Shown here: positions 48,186 through 57,644 of the stretch, one piece after another
How the letters are laid out: each line of letters opens with the position of its first letter
Numbering within the stretch: the stretch's first letter is position 1
Assembly (NCBI GenBank): GCA_948466345.1
Contig: CAOKAC010000001.1
Location: forward strand, 194,283 to 258,282
Direction: 5' to 3'
Length of the DNA: 64,000 nucleotides
Source of the DNA: an uncultured Clostridia bacterium
GTDB taxonomy: Bacteria; Bacillota; Clostridia; Oscillospirales; CAG-272
Notes under the pieces: generated by a model
Database searches by the model: none
What the model saw: only the letters and a program-made list of their open reading frames with translations
What the model was told of the DNA's origin: nothing
Position numbers and translations under genes: made by a program

Positions 48186-48207
48186 TGTGTTAGTACAATA
48201 ATACAAG
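48176..48207. promoter_or_regulatory. 13-bp perfect inverted repeat, candidate autoregulatory operator of the YtrA-like GntR regulator
   Basis: CTTGTATTATTGT-N6-ACAATAATACAAG overlapping the -10 hexamer and the +1 region. Confidence 0.55.
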
Positions 48208-48221
48208 AAAGGAGCATCGTA

Positions 48222-48641
48222 ATGGCATGGACATTTGATCAAACTCTTCCTATATATTTGCAGGCCGCCTATCGAATCCAGTCCGATATTGTGTGCGGGC
48301 GTTACTGTAAAAACGAAAAACTGCCGTCTGTGCGGGAACTTGCACTGACCGCATCCGTCAATCCCAACACCATTCAGCGTGCGTTCGGACTCCTTGAGGA
48401 GGAAGGACTGGTGGTAACCCAAGGTACTGCGGGACGATTTGTCACGGCAGACAACGCTGTGATCACCAAGGCACGAGATACCATCGCAAAGCAGCTGGTA
48501 GAAAGTTTCGCCGCGAAAATGACAGAACTGGGCTATTCACAGGAAGAAGCGGTGCAGTTGACCAAATCTTACTACAGCAAAACATCCAACATAAACATTT
48601 TGAAAAAGGAGGCACCATTGGATGAATCTACCGATTCTTGA
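48222..48641 (+). CDS. GntR-family (YtrA-subfamily-like) transcriptional regulator
   Basis: ORF trimmed to ATG 48222 (AAGGAG upstream); KLPSVRELALTASVNPNTIQRAFGLLEEEGLV wHTH; short (139 aa) effector region. Confidence 0.85.
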   Translation: MAWTFDQTLPIYLQAAYRIQSDIVCGRYCKNEKLPSVRELALTASVNPNTIQRAFGLLEEEGLVVTQGTAGRFVTADNAVITKARDTIAKQLVESFAAKMTELGYSQEEAVQLTKSYYSKTSNINILKKEAPLDESTDS

Positions 48642-49326
48642 ATGCCGCAATCTGAGCAAAAGCTACGGGCAAAGCGATCTGGCGCTGAACAACTTTAATA
48701 TTGTACTGCCCAAAGGAAAGGTAATTGGACTGCTGGGCCCAAACGGAAGCGGCAAAACTACCCTGATCAAACTAATTGCCGGACTTCTGACACCTACATC
48801 CGGCGAACTGCTTGTAAACGGCATGCCTATAGGTGTGGAAACCAAACGCATTGTATCCTATTTGCCGGAACGCACTTATTTTGATCCCGGCATGCGCGTA
48901 GAGGAAACCATCCAGTATTTTGAAGATTTCTATAAAGACTTTGACACGGAAAAGGCGCGGGCAATGCTGCAAGACCTGGGTATCGACACAAACAAAAAAA
49001 TGAAAACACTGTCCAAAGGCACTAAGGAAAAAGTGCAGCTTGTGCTGGTAATGTCCAGAGACGCGCAGTTGTATCTTTTAGACGAACCCATCGGCGGCGT
49101 GGATCCTGCCACCAGAGATTATATTCTAAATACCATTGTATCCAACTACAACTCGGATTCCACTGTGCTTATTTCCACACACCTGATCTCCGATGTAGAA
49201 AAAGTGCTGGACGAATTTATGTTTATTCATAACGGAGCGCTGGTTATGTATAACTCTGCCGACAACGTCCGGGAAGAACTGGGCAAAGGAATCGACGAAC
49301 TGTTTCGGGAGGTTTTCAGATGCTGA
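48622..49326 (+). CDS. ABC transporter ATP-binding protein
   Basis: 234 aa; Walker A GPNGSGKT, signature LSKGTKEKV, Walker B LYLLDEP; overlaps the GntR gene by 20 nt. Confidence 0.9.
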   Translation: MNLPILECRNLSKSYGQSDLALNNFNIVLPKGKVIGLLGPNGSGKTTLIKLIAGLLTPTSGELLVNGMPIGVETKRIVSYLPERTYFDPGMRVEETIQYFEDFYKDFDTEKARAMLQDLGIDTNKKMKTLSKGTKEKVQLVLVMSRDAQLYLLDEPIGGVDPATRDYILNTIVSNYNSDSTVLISTHLISDVEKVLDEFMFIHNGALVMYNSADNVREELGKGIDELFREVFRC

Positions 49327-50180
49327 AGAAATTATTTCACTATGATATGAAGTACACTGCCAGGCTGGTGCTGCCGCTTATGCTGCTGACACTGGGCACC
49401 ACACTGCTTGGCAGTATTGCAATGAAGCTGCTGGGAAGCATAGAATACAGCAGCTTTAGTTCCACCTTCGGCGCGACATTGCTAAGTATCGTTTTAGGAC
49501 TGATTGTAGCCGGTAGTATTTTTATTCTTATCGCCTTTGCTATCATTACATCCATTGTGGTATTCATGCGGTTTTATAAACACTTTTTCTCTGATGAAGG
49601 ATATCTGACTCACACACTACCAGTAAAGACCTCTACTCATATGTTTTCTAAAACCTGGTCTACTCTTTTATGGGTCATTATCACGACCGTTGCTGTCCTG
49701 TTTTATATTTTCCTTTATATTTTAATCGGTGCTGCTCCCTATGGTTCCCTTCTAAATATGGATACCTTCCGGTATATCGGAGAATTTTTCCAGACGATCT
49801 TCCCTTATATGACTCCGTCGTACTGGATTATAGGATTGGAAACTCTGGTGCTGACGCTTGTCTCCGTAGTTTTCTCCACATTTATGATTTTTACAGCGAT
49901 TACCATTGGCGCTGTGGTAGCCAAGAAACACAAAATTTTGGCAGCGATAGGATTTTACTATCTGATCAATATGATAATTTCTATTATCACCGTGCTTGTT
50001 TTTGTTTTTATAAGTCTATCCACAGTAGAAAATCCAATATTTATGGGTTCATTGTATTCCACGCCGGAAGGAACTACGCATTTCATTTTGATTTTCTCCA
50101 ACTTGTTTTATTTAGGACTATCCGCAGGCGGATTTGCCCTGTGCAATCGGCTTTTGAAGAAAAAACTCAATCTGGCATAA
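49320..50180 (+). CDS. Polytopic membrane protein (ABC-2-like permease partner)
   Basis: 286 aa, about 6 hydrophobic segments; overlaps the ATPase gene by 7 nt; RBS GGAGG. Confidence 0.6.
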   Translation: MLKKLFHYDMKYTARLVLPLMLLTLGTTLLGSIAMKLLGSIEYSSFSSTFGATLLSIVLGLIVAGSIFILIAFAIITSIVVFMRFYKHFFSDEGYLTHTLPVKTSTHMFSKTWSTLLWVIITTVAVLFYIFLYILIGAAPYGSLLNMDTFRYIGEFFQTIFPYMTPSYWIIGLETLVLTLVSVVFSTFMIFTAITIGAVVAKKHKILAAIGFYYLINMIISIITVLVFVFISLSTVENPIFMGSLYSTPEGTTHFILIFSNLFYLGLSAGGFALCNRLLKKKLNLA

Positions 50181-50209
50181 GAAAAAGAGGGGCTGTGCCC
50201 CTCTTTTTT
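50181..50209. terminator. Bidirectional hairpin terminator
   Basis: AAAAA-GAGGGG-CTGTG-CCCCTC-TTTTTT. Confidence 0.75.
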
Positions 50210-50221
50210 ATCTTGCCTTAT

Positions 50222-50770
50222 CTAAAGCAGGACTCTGCATAGATAGCAAGACAGCAGTACACAGATTACCATAACGATAGCCGCTACAGGGAACGCGTGC
50301 CGCGTACTGCGTATGCCCTTCGCTCCTGTAAAATATACGCTGATTACATAGATCAGCGTATCGGAAGAACCCATCATCACAGAAGCAGCAAGTCCAGCCG
50401 GACTGTCTGCACCATGGGCTGCAATCAAGTCTGCAAAAGTAGCTGTAGAAGCAGATCCCGACACAGGGCGAGTGACAATCAAAGGAAGCAGCTCCGACGG
50501 GATTCCAAGAGTGCTGCACACGGAAGAAAGAGAACGCGCTAGCCAATCTACCGCGCCGGAAGCGGTAAACATGCTCAGTCCCACCGTCAGCATCAGCATA
50601 GCCGGAATTAGGGAGACTGTCGTGGAAAGTCCGCTGCGCGCACCGCGGACAAAGGCTTCCCCGCCCCGTTTTCCTAGGCGGATCATTAAAATAGCACCGA
50701 GAAGGATTACACCGGGCAGTACAAAAATTGCTGCCTTTTCAATCATGCCGCTCCGCCTTTCTTCAGACAT
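50222..50770 (-). CDS. spmB: Spore maturation protein B (nucleoside-recognition domain)
   Basis: 182 aa. An alternative ATG at 50746 would give an ATGA overlap with the spmA stop. Membrane protein directly following spmA. Confidence 0.7.
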   Translation of the reverse strand: MSEERRSGMIEKAAIFVLPGVILLGAILMIRLGKRGGEAFVRGARSGLSTTVSLIPAMLMLTVGLSMFTASGAVDWLARSLSSVCSTLGIPSELLPLIVTRPVSGSASTATFADLIAAHGADSPAGLAASVMMGSSDTLIYVISVYFTGAKGIRSTRHAFPVAAIVMVICVLLSCYLCRVLL

Positions 50771-51381
50771 GTTTTTGCCTCTTTACGCCTTTTTTTCGGG
50801 AGCTTACGTGTCAGCCGAATGCAAAGCTTAGATAAAAACACGCCGGTTACCGCGCACGCAGCGGAACAAATCCAAACAGGTAATATGATCTTATAGGGAG
50901 CGGTGCTGCCTGCGGCCCGGCGCAGTGTAATGAGTGTCGTGGGCAGAAGATCCAGAGAGGAGGCTCCTAAAATTGAAAAGGTTACCATGTCGTCGGTAGC
51001 GCGTTCTTTATTTGGATTGGCGGCCTGCATTTTTTCCATGGCGGACAGGGCAAGGGGAGTGGCGGCGTTTCCGATTCCTAAAATGTTGGCGGAAAGTGCC
51101 GCGCATATTTCTTCGCTGCCCTGTCCGGATTTCCATGTCTCAGGGAATACCCGCCGCAAAATTGGAGACAGAACACGGGAGAGCTTTTGTACCGCCCCCG
51201 CCTCCCGCAGCACTTCCATAATCCCACTCCACAGGCACATGGCACCTGCCAGGGAAAGCAACAGCGTAATCGCCTTAGAAGCCCCATCTACGACAGCATT
51301 TGACACAGCCTGTAGGTTTCCTGTCAAAAGAGCAAACACTAAAGATATCGAAACTAGCACAAAAAAGCATTTTTCCATCAT
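50743..51381 (-). CDS. spmA: Spore maturation protein A (nucleoside-recognition domain)
   Basis: 212 aa; N-terminal pattern VF.L.SI..A...GN...V..A...GA..A...L..L.G.M.LW.G.M typical of SpmA. Confidence 0.7.
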   Translation of the reverse strand: MMEKCFFVLVSISLVFALLTGNLQAVSNAVVDGASKAITLLLSLAGAMCLWSGIMEVLREAGAVQKLSRVLSPILRRVFPETWKSGQGSEEICAALSANILGIGNAATPLALSAMEKMQAANPNKERATDDMVTFSILGASSLDLLPTTLITLRRAAGSTAPYKIILPVWICSAACAVTGVFLSKLCIRLTRKLPKKRRKEAKTCLKKGGAA

Positions 51382-51398
51382 AAAATTTCACCAACCTC

Positions 51399-51426
51399 TT
51401 GACAATCTATGTAAAAATGATATAAT
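51399..51426 (+). promoter_or_regulatory. Sigma-A promoter for abrB
   Basis: TTGACA-16 nt-TATAAT with TGa extended -10. Confidence 0.65.
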
Positions 51427-51461
51427 TTTTTCCAGAAAGATAAATATTTGGGAGGCATTAT

Positions 51462-51707
51462 ATGAGATCATTAGGAATGGTGCGGAAGGTAGACGAGTTA
51501 GGTCGAATTGTATTACCCATCGAAATCCGCAGAATGATGGAGCTCAATCCCGGCGATGGAGCAGAGATTTTTGTAGAAAAAAATCGCGTGATCTTACAGA
51601 AATATTCTCCGTCTTGTATCTTTTGCGGTGAGGCGGACGATATTATTACATACAAAGACAGAAAAATCTGCAAAGGATGCTTGGAAGAACTGCAAGGACA
51701 GATATAA
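51462..51707 (+). CDS. abrB: AbrB-family transition-state regulator with a CxxC..CxxC tail
   Basis: 81 aa; MRSLGMVRKVDELGRIVLPIEIRR swapped-hairpin domain; C-terminal CIFCG-X13-CKGC. Confidence 0.85.
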   Translation: MRSLGMVRKVDELGRIVLPIEIRRMMELNPGDGAEIFVEKNRVILQKYSPSCIFCGEADDIITYKDRKICKGCLEELQGQI

Positions 51708-51810
51708 GGCAGCGCGAAAAATATACGGTTTCCAGATGGTATAATTTTTTAGTCAGAGTTTCCTTTCGGTAAGGTTCTTTTTTTGAAATGAATTTATCGC
51801 AAAAAAAGGA

Positions 51811-51870
51811 TTCCCCGGCCATTGCCCGTCACGTTGTGACGGAAATGGTGCGGGGAATTTTTATTTTGTC
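51811..51870 (+). terminator. Long imperfect hairpin + T-run, probable abrB terminator
   Basis: TCCCCGGCCATTGCCCGTCAC-GTT-GTGACGGAAATGGTGCGGGGA (1-nt bulge and mismatches) followed by ATTTTTATTTTG; about 105 nt after the abrB stop. Confidence 0.55.
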
Positions 51871-52042
51871 CCTTTCCCGTCAGAGAACCCGAAAACATGT
51901 GGTTTGACGATACGACGTTTAGACGCAGTTTGACGCTCCCCCAGGGTACAATCTATCCATACTATATATACCGCGGTACAGACACAGATATGCCTGCGGG
52001 GAAAGATTTTCTCCGGCAGGGGAGCAGGGAAAGGAATGGTTA

Positions 52043-54406
52043 GTGACAATGGACAAAAGACAAACGCCTGCGGCAGCAGGCCAAACAATCAAAAACACGC
52101 TTCGGCGTGTAGTAGAAAAGGTACATAGCAACGATCCGGCAGTTCTGCACAGAATACTTATTCCAGCAGGAATCTTTTTTGCCGGGCTTCTTTTTGGATC
52201 TACTGAAATGATCGTTGGTGTGTATCCATTTGGCGTGGCACTGCTGTGTGCTGTATCTGGGTGGGCAGGCGTTGCGTGCGCTTATGCGGGAACGGTTCTG
52301 GGAACGATAGGCATTTCCGCAGGCGGACTGTGGTATGTGCTGATTCTTTCAGCGGTACTTGCAGCTAGAACAGCAGCGGGAATACTTACAAGCCGCTCCC
52401 ATTGGGACGGCAAGGATAAAATGGCATTTTTACAAAAGCTGTTTTATGAGGACAGCAAAGTCCGCATAGGCATAGCAATCTGCGCCGCCATTGCCGCCGG
52501 ATGCATTTCCATATTCAGCGGCCTCAGCTTGTACTACGATATATTTGCTGCGATTTTGGGAATCGTGCTATATCCTCTATTCTGTGCAGCCTTTCAATTG
52601 GCAGCAAATCGTGCTGCTTCCAGGGAAATGAAGCTGGCGGGAATGTGCGGTGTGTTTTTTGCACTTACGCTTGCACTGGACTCTGTTGCACTTCCCTTTA
52701 GTATTGGTATTTTATTTTCTTATTTTGTGACTCTATATGTTACATATGCCGGCGGAATCACCTATGGCATTGTTTGGGGGCTGTTCTGCGGAATGGCTTT
52801 AGAGGCACTATACGCCCCCATGTATCCTATCGCCGCACTATGTGCGGGACTTTTATTTCAAATGTCTCCCGGCGGCGCCGTCCTGATCTCCGGAGCGCTC
52901 AGTATGAGTTGGGCCCTAGGCGTCGGAGGATTTGCCGCTATAACAGACGTGGCACCGGAGCTTGCTCTGGTGTGCGCCGTAATGGCGCCTTTGCTTACCT
53001 TCCGTATATTGCCTGCAAAGCTGCCTGCTCTGCTGATGCCGCCACAGGAGCGGGATGGAGCCGATGTAATCGTACAGACAAACAAGTCCCAGCGCAAATA
53101 TGCCAGAATTTGCCGCTCCTTGGAGTCTCTTTCCAAGCTGCTGTTCAGCGTGTCGGACAAGCTGCGGTGTCCCACAGCGCAGGAAGCCTACCAAATTTGT
53201 ACTGCTGTACGGGCACGGTATTGCTGCGGCTGTCCCCACGAGACTGTTTGCAGCGGAGCAGAAGAGGCGCAAGTCAGTTCCTTTTTTGATAATATGGCCC
53301 ATCGCCTGTCCACCCATGGCAGGGTCAGTGCCCAAATCGTGCCGGAACCTTTGGCGCGCCGCTGTCATCATATGGATGCCGTATTGGATGCGGTAAATAT
53401 GTCGGCTCGGCGTACCGCTAACATGAGTACCGCCTCCCAACGAACGGAACTCTTCGCCAGCGATTATGCGGTGATTGCGGAGATGCTGCGGGAAACAGGA
53501 GAGGCAGATACCCAATGGGAACGGGATGAAAAAATGGAAGAAGGACTGCACCGAGCGCTGCAGCGGCAGGGATTTTCGTATACAGATACATCCGTATACG
53601 GACAGCGGCAGCGGCATGTTTATATGCGCGGGGTAGATTTATCTACCGGTGCGGGAGCGGAAGATATTCGGCTTTGTGCCGAGAGTATACTGGGTGCACG
53701 CCTGTCTGCGCCGGAGTTTTCTTTAGACGGGGCATATGTATCTGCTGCTATGCATTCCGTACCTATGTTTGGAATCAAAAGCGGCCGCTACAGCTCTGCG
53801 GGAATACGAGATGAGACAAGCGGAGACAGCGTATGTTCTTTTAAAAATAATGAAGGATACTATTACACGCTTGTATCGGACGGTATGGGCAGCGGTAAGG
53901 ATGCAGCGCTGACAAGCGGCATTTCAGCAGTATTTTTAGAAAAGCTGCTGATGGCCGGATGTCCTATGAAGGGAGCGCTGGAAATGTTAAACTGCTTTAT
54001 ACGCGGCAGTGAAGGAGAGTGCTTTACTACTGTGGATCTGATGGAAGCGGATCTGCTGACCGGCCGGGCACGGTTTATTAAAAGCGGCGCCGCTCCTTCC
54101 TTTGTAATTCGAGGAGGCCAGCTGTTCCGGCTGCATTCCAAAACGGTTCCGGTAGGAATCATTCGGGCGCTGGATGCGGAAGCAATTTCCTTTGACCTGC
54201 AGGATGGCGATACCGTAATCATGATGAGCGATGGAGTTACAGGAAACTATGAGGATTGTCCCTGGCTGTATGAGCTGCTTTGCAGCGGACTGATGCAGAT
54301 GGATTCACCGGCAGCGGCCGCCCGCCTAATTGGGGAGCGTGCAGCCCAGGCTATGGGAGGAGAAGACGATATCACTGTCTGTGTTATGCAGGTGGGAAGG
54401 GCATAG
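52043..54406 (+). CDS. spoIIE: Stage II sporulation protein E (PP2C phosphatase with a polytopic N-terminus)
   Basis: 787 aa (GTG start, alternative ATG at 52049). About 10 TM in the first about 330 aa; C-terminal PP2C with YYTLVSDGMGSGKDAA and MMSDGV. Confidence 0.9.
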   Translation: MTMDKRQTPAAAGQTIKNTLRRVVEKVHSNDPAVLHRILIPAGIFFAGLLFGSTEMIVGVYPFGVALLCAVSGWAGVACAYAGTVLGTIGISAGGLWYVLILSAVLAARTAAGILTSRSHWDGKDKMAFLQKLFYEDSKVRIGIAICAAIAAGCISIFSGLSLYYDIFAAILGIVLYPLFCAAFQLAANRAASREMKLAGMCGVFFALTLALDSVALPFSIGILFSYFVTLYVTYAGGITYGIVWGLFCGMALEALYAPMYPIAALCAGLLFQMSPGGAVLISGALSMSWALGVGGFAAITDVAPELALVCAVMAPLLTFRILPAKLPALLMPPQERDGADVIVQTNKSQRKYARICRSLESLSKLLFSVSDKLRCPTAQEAYQICTAVRARYCCGCPHETVCSGAEEAQVSSFFDNMAHRLSTHGRVSAQIVPEPLARRCHHMDAVLDAVNMSARRTANMSTASQRTELFASDYAVIAEMLRETGEADTQWERDEKMEEGLHRALQRQGFSYTDTSVYGQRQRHVYMRGVDLSTGAGAEDIRLCAESILGARLSAPEFSLDGAYVSAAMHSVPMFGIKSGRYSSAGIRDETSGDSVCSFKNNEGYYYTLVSDGMGSGKDAALTSGISAVFLEKLLMAGCPMKGALEMLNCFIRGSEGECFTTVDLMEADLLTGRARFIKSGAAPSFVIRGGQLFRLHSKTVPVGIIRALDAEAISFDLQDGDTVIMMSDGVTGNYEDCPWLYELLCSGLMQMDSPAAAARLIGERAAQAMGGEDDITVCVMQVGRA

Positions 54407-54408
54407 CA

Positions 54409-54440
54409 AAAAAAGAGGGGGATACTCCCCCTCTTTTTAT
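54409..54440. terminator. Bidirectional hairpin terminator (spoIIE / ABC operon)
   Basis: AAAAAA-GAGGGGG-ATACT-CCCCCTC-TTTTT. Confidence 0.75.
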
Positions 54441-54449
54441 TATTTTTTC

Positions 54450-55268
54450 TCACTGTCCGCTGAGAAGAATCCTATCTGTCGTAAACGCCTTCTTTTTCTT
54501 CTCCGTATATAGCTGCAGCAATCCGTCCATAGTCATGTCGTCTCGCTCTTTCCCTTTCAGGGAAAGAATGATAGATCCGCTGTCCATCATAATAGTGCTG
54601 TTGCCGGTTACAAGAGCCTGCTGCATATTGTGGGTAATCATAAGCGTAGTCAAATTGTTTTCCCGGACAATTTCGTTTGTGATCTCCATAATCTTTTCTG
54701 CTGTTGCCGGATCTAGAGCAGCTGTATGCTCATCCAGAAGCAGCAAATCCGGCGTAACCAGTGTACACATCAGTAGCGTTACCACCTGTCGCTGTCCGCC
54801 CGACAGTAATCCTACCTTCGTTTTCATCCGGTCTTCCAGTCCCATATTGTATTTTGCAAGGGCGGATCGAAAAAAGTCGGATTTCCTTTTTGTAAGGGCC
54901 GGCGCCAAAGGCCCACTGTGAGCCCGGGTATAGGCCAGGGCAAGATTTTCTTCGATAGTCATTCCCGGCGCCGTTCCCTTCATTGGATCCTGGAACACCC
55001 TGCCGATTCTTTTGGCCCGTTTATGCTCCGCCAAAAACGTGATATCTGTTCCGCCAAGGTGAATGGACCCCTGATCGGGCAGATAGGTACCGCAAATTGC
55101 GTTGAATAATGTACTTTTTCCGGCGCCGTTGGATCCAATAATAGTAACAAAATCGCCACGCTGTAAGGTAAGATTTACATTTTCCAGTGCGGTATGTTCG
55201 TTTACCGTTCCCTTACCAAAAGTTTTGGACAGACCGCAAATTTCCAACATTGGTGTATCCGTACTCAT
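54450..55268 (-). CDS. ABC transporter ATP-binding protein (trpZ-like)
   Basis: ORF trimmed to ATG 55268 (ATGA overlap with the permease stop). Walker A GSNGAGKST, signature LSGGQRQ, Walker B LLLLDEH. Confidence 0.88.
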   Translation of the reverse strand: MSTDTPMLEICGLSKTFGKGTVNEHTALENVNLTLQRGDFVTIIGSNGAGKSTLFNAICGTYLPDQGSIHLGGTDITFLAEHKRAKRIGRVFQDPMKGTAPGMTIEENLALAYTRAHSGPLAPALTKRKSDFFRSALAKYNMGLEDRMKTKVGLLSGGQRQVVTLLMCTLVTPDLLLLDEHTAALDPATAEKIMEITNEIVRENNLTTLMITHNMQQALVTGNSTIMMDSGSIILSLKGKERDDMTMDGLLQLYTEKKKKAFTTDRILLSGQ

Positions 55269-56197
55269 GCCCGTCGCGCCTCCCATCTATTTTTCCAGGA
55301 AATCAAAGCATCTCTTGCAGCAGGAATGATCAGCGTGAGTGCTACAATCACAGCGCACAGCAGTTTCATCAGGTTTGCGCTGTTTGCGCCAAACAGTTCT
55401 GCGTCTACTACAAAGGTTACAATGATTTTATAAAGGATAGAACCGCACACAGCGGATATCAGGCCGATGGTCACGCCGCGTCGGCTCCGGGGAAGCAAGG
55501 AAAACAACGCTTCTCCAATGATTACCGCGGCCAGACCATAAATCAAAGTGCCGCTGCTGGAACTGGCGTCGGAATATCCCACATAGTGGGCGATAAGTGC
55601 GCCGGACAGGGCGATGAGACCGTTAGAAATACACAGGCCAATGATTTTCGTTCGATCAACATTGATGGAAGATGCACGGACCATATCCGGGTTATCTCCC
55701 GTTGCCCGGATACACAGGCCAAGATGGGTTTTGAAAAACAGAGCTATCAGCAAAACGATCAAGATGCATAAGGTAGCGGCAAGAATTGCTCCGACAATTT
55801 TTTTATCGTCACGGCTGGCGGCTTCGCCCAAAAAGGCATATGCCAGCTTGAACAGAGAGCCCTCCCCTATGGCCAAGTTAGGACCGCTCCGGACCATCAA
55901 ATTGATGGAGTATAACCCGCTCATCGTGATAATACCAGCAAGCACCGGATGCACCTTCAACTTCGTTTGTAAAAATCCGGTGACAAGGCCAGCAGCAAAG
56001 CCTGCCAGCAAAGCAAACAGGAGAGAAATATTGGGATGATATCCCATAGCTACTGCAGCGGCCGCTACAGCGTTGCCAAATCCAAAGGAGCCTTCTGTTG
56101 TCAGATCCGGAATATTCAGCACCCGTAGAGAAATAAACACGCCAATGGCCAAAAGTCCATATAGAAAGCCCTCTTGCAAGGCTGTTACATATAGCAT
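55265..56197 (-). CDS. ABC transporter permease (BPD_transp_2 type; trpY-like)
   Basis: 310 aa; N-terminus LQEGFLYGLLAIGVFISLRVLNIPDLTTEGSF typical of this permease family. Confidence 0.85.
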   Translation of the reverse strand: MLYVTALQEGFLYGLLAIGVFISLRVLNIPDLTTEGSFGFGNAVAAAAVAMGYHPNISLLFALLAGFAAGLVTGFLQTKLKVHPVLAGIITMSGLYSINLMVRSGPNLAIGEGSLFKLAYAFLGEAASRDDKKIVGAILAATLCILIVLLIALFFKTHLGLCIRATGDNPDMVRASSINVDRTKIIGLCISNGLIALSGALIAHYVGYSDASSSSGTLIYGLAAVIIGEALFSLLPRSRRGVTIGLISAVCGSILYKIIVTFVVDAELFGANSANLMKLLCAVIVALTLIIPAARDALISWKNRWEARRA

Positions 56198-56215
56198 GAC
56201 AAAATTCCTTTGCTT

Positions 56216-57220
56216 TTATTCTTCGTATAGTTTAATGGTATAGCCCAGAGTCTCTTCATCAGGAATCGCTACGTCCAGCTTTTGTGCCAGCGCGGCGTTT
56301 ATAGTGCAGTAGTCTACGTCTACCACAATAGAGGCAATTGCTTCCACCGCTTTCCCTTTTAGATACTGGTCGGCCATAGCGGCAGTTTTTTCACCGATAC
56401 CTTTGTCATCAATAGCAAGAGTAGCAAGACATCCGGAAGCCACAGTAGTTGCGGACGAGCAATATGTAGGGATTTTTTCGTCTTTGCAGATTTCTGTCAG
56501 CGCCGAGATACCGGACTGTACGACAGCGTCATTAGGGATAAAGATTACGTCTGCACCGTCTGCAATTAGCGCCTCGGTTACACTGCCAACGTCATCGGAG
56601 GTTTCCACCGTTTTTACCGTATAGTCGATATTTTTTCCTTCCAGATAATCACAAGCAGATTTTACTGTGTCTGTGGCATTTGCCTGTGCTGTGCAGTAGA
56701 TAAACCCAAACTTGGTGACGTTTGGTGTGAGGGTATATGCCAAATCTATAATATCAGAGGTAGGAATAGCGTTAGATGTGCCGGTTGCATTTTTATCTGG
56801 GGTTTCCATCTCCGTAATGACACCGGCGGCTACAGGAGCGGATACGGCGCAGAAGAAGTTGGGCGTTTCCGATTCCATATTTACAAACGCCTGGGTTGCA
56901 GGTGTGGCAATGGTGAACACAGCGTCATAGGAACCATCGTCCATCGTAGAGCAGATTGTGGACAGTGTTGTCGCGTCTCCCTGGGCGCATTTGTAATCAA
57001 TTGTCGTATTCTCCTCAGTATATCCGGCATTTTCCAGACCGGCGATGACACCGTCCCGCATATCCAAAAAGGCACCGTTTTCAATTTGGGAGATGATCCC
57101 GAATTTGTAGGTTTTTTGATCGCCGTCTTTCTCTTGTGGTTCCACGTTTTTGGTACAGCCACCGAGCAGAAAAGCAGCAAATAGGGTAAGCAACAAAAGG
57201 ATAGAAATTTGTTTTTTCAT
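56216..57220 (-). CDS. ABC transporter substrate-binding lipoprotein (ABC_sub_bind/PF04392-like; trpX-like)
   Basis: 334 aa; lipobox LLGGC; FGIISQIENGAFLD...CAQGDATT...DAVFTIATPATQA pattern of the PF04392 family. Confidence 0.8.
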   Translation of the reverse strand: MKKQISILLLLTLFAAFLLGGCTKNVEPQEKDGDQKTYKFGIISQIENGAFLDMRDGVIAGLENAGYTEENTTIDYKCAQGDATTLSTICSTMDDGSYDAVFTIATPATQAFVNMESETPNFFCAVSAPVAAGVITEMETPDKNATGTSNAIPTSDIIDLAYTLTPNVTKFGFIYCTAQANATDTVKSACDYLEGKNIDYTVKTVETSDDVGSVTEALIADGADVIFIPNDAVVQSGISALTEICKDEKIPTYCSSATTVASGCLATLAIDDKGIGEKTAAMADQYLKGKAVEAIASIVVDVDYCTINAALAQKLDVAIPDEETLGYTIKLYEE

Positions 57221-57274
57221 GATGATCCTCCAATCGTTATGGTATATATTTCAGCCGCCGCAGCGGATTCTGAC

Positions 57275-57303
57275 TTGATTTTTCAGCAGGTGGTCGCTAT
57301 ACT
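57275..57303 (+). promoter_or_regulatory. Sigma-A promoter for the Dabb gene
   Basis: TTGATT-17 nt-TATACT. Confidence 0.5.
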
Positions 57304-57334
57304 TTATGTATATTATAGAAGGGAGTGCTGCTCT

Positions 57335-57628
57335 ATGACGCACATGGTATTTATGAAATTTGAGGCAGGATTTTTCTCTCAGGCTGTTTTTCAGGAAATA
57401 GCCGATGGATTCTGCAAACTGCAGGAGGCGATGCCGCAGGAAATAGTATCGGTGCAGGTATTGGAAAACTGTATTGCAAGGGAATCAAATATGGATCTTC
57501 TGATCCAAATGGAACTACGGGACGCAGCAGCGCTGGATCAGTATCTAAGGCATCCCATTCATCTGGAAATCGGCAGAATTATGAATCCCCATATTGTACA
57601 GCGCTGCTCTTTTGACTATACGACATAA
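57335..57628 (+). CDS. Dabb (stress-responsive alpha/beta-barrel) family protein
   Basis: ORF trimmed to ATG 57335: MTHMVFMKFEAG....L..YLRHPIHLEI; 97 aa; RBS GAAGGGAG. Confidence 0.7.
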   Translation: MTHMVFMKFEAGFFSQAVFQEIADGFCKLQEAMPQEIVSVQVLENCIARESNMDLLIQMELRDAAALDQYLRHPIHLEIGRIMNPHIVQRCSFDYTT

Positions 57629-57644
57629 ACATTTTGCAGTAAAA

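Noticed and set aside
51788-51907. 39-codon ORF (MNLSQKKDSPAIARHVV...) in the abrB-spoIIE interval
   Set aside because: It has no RBS and spans the terminator-like hairpin. It is more plausibly non-coding.
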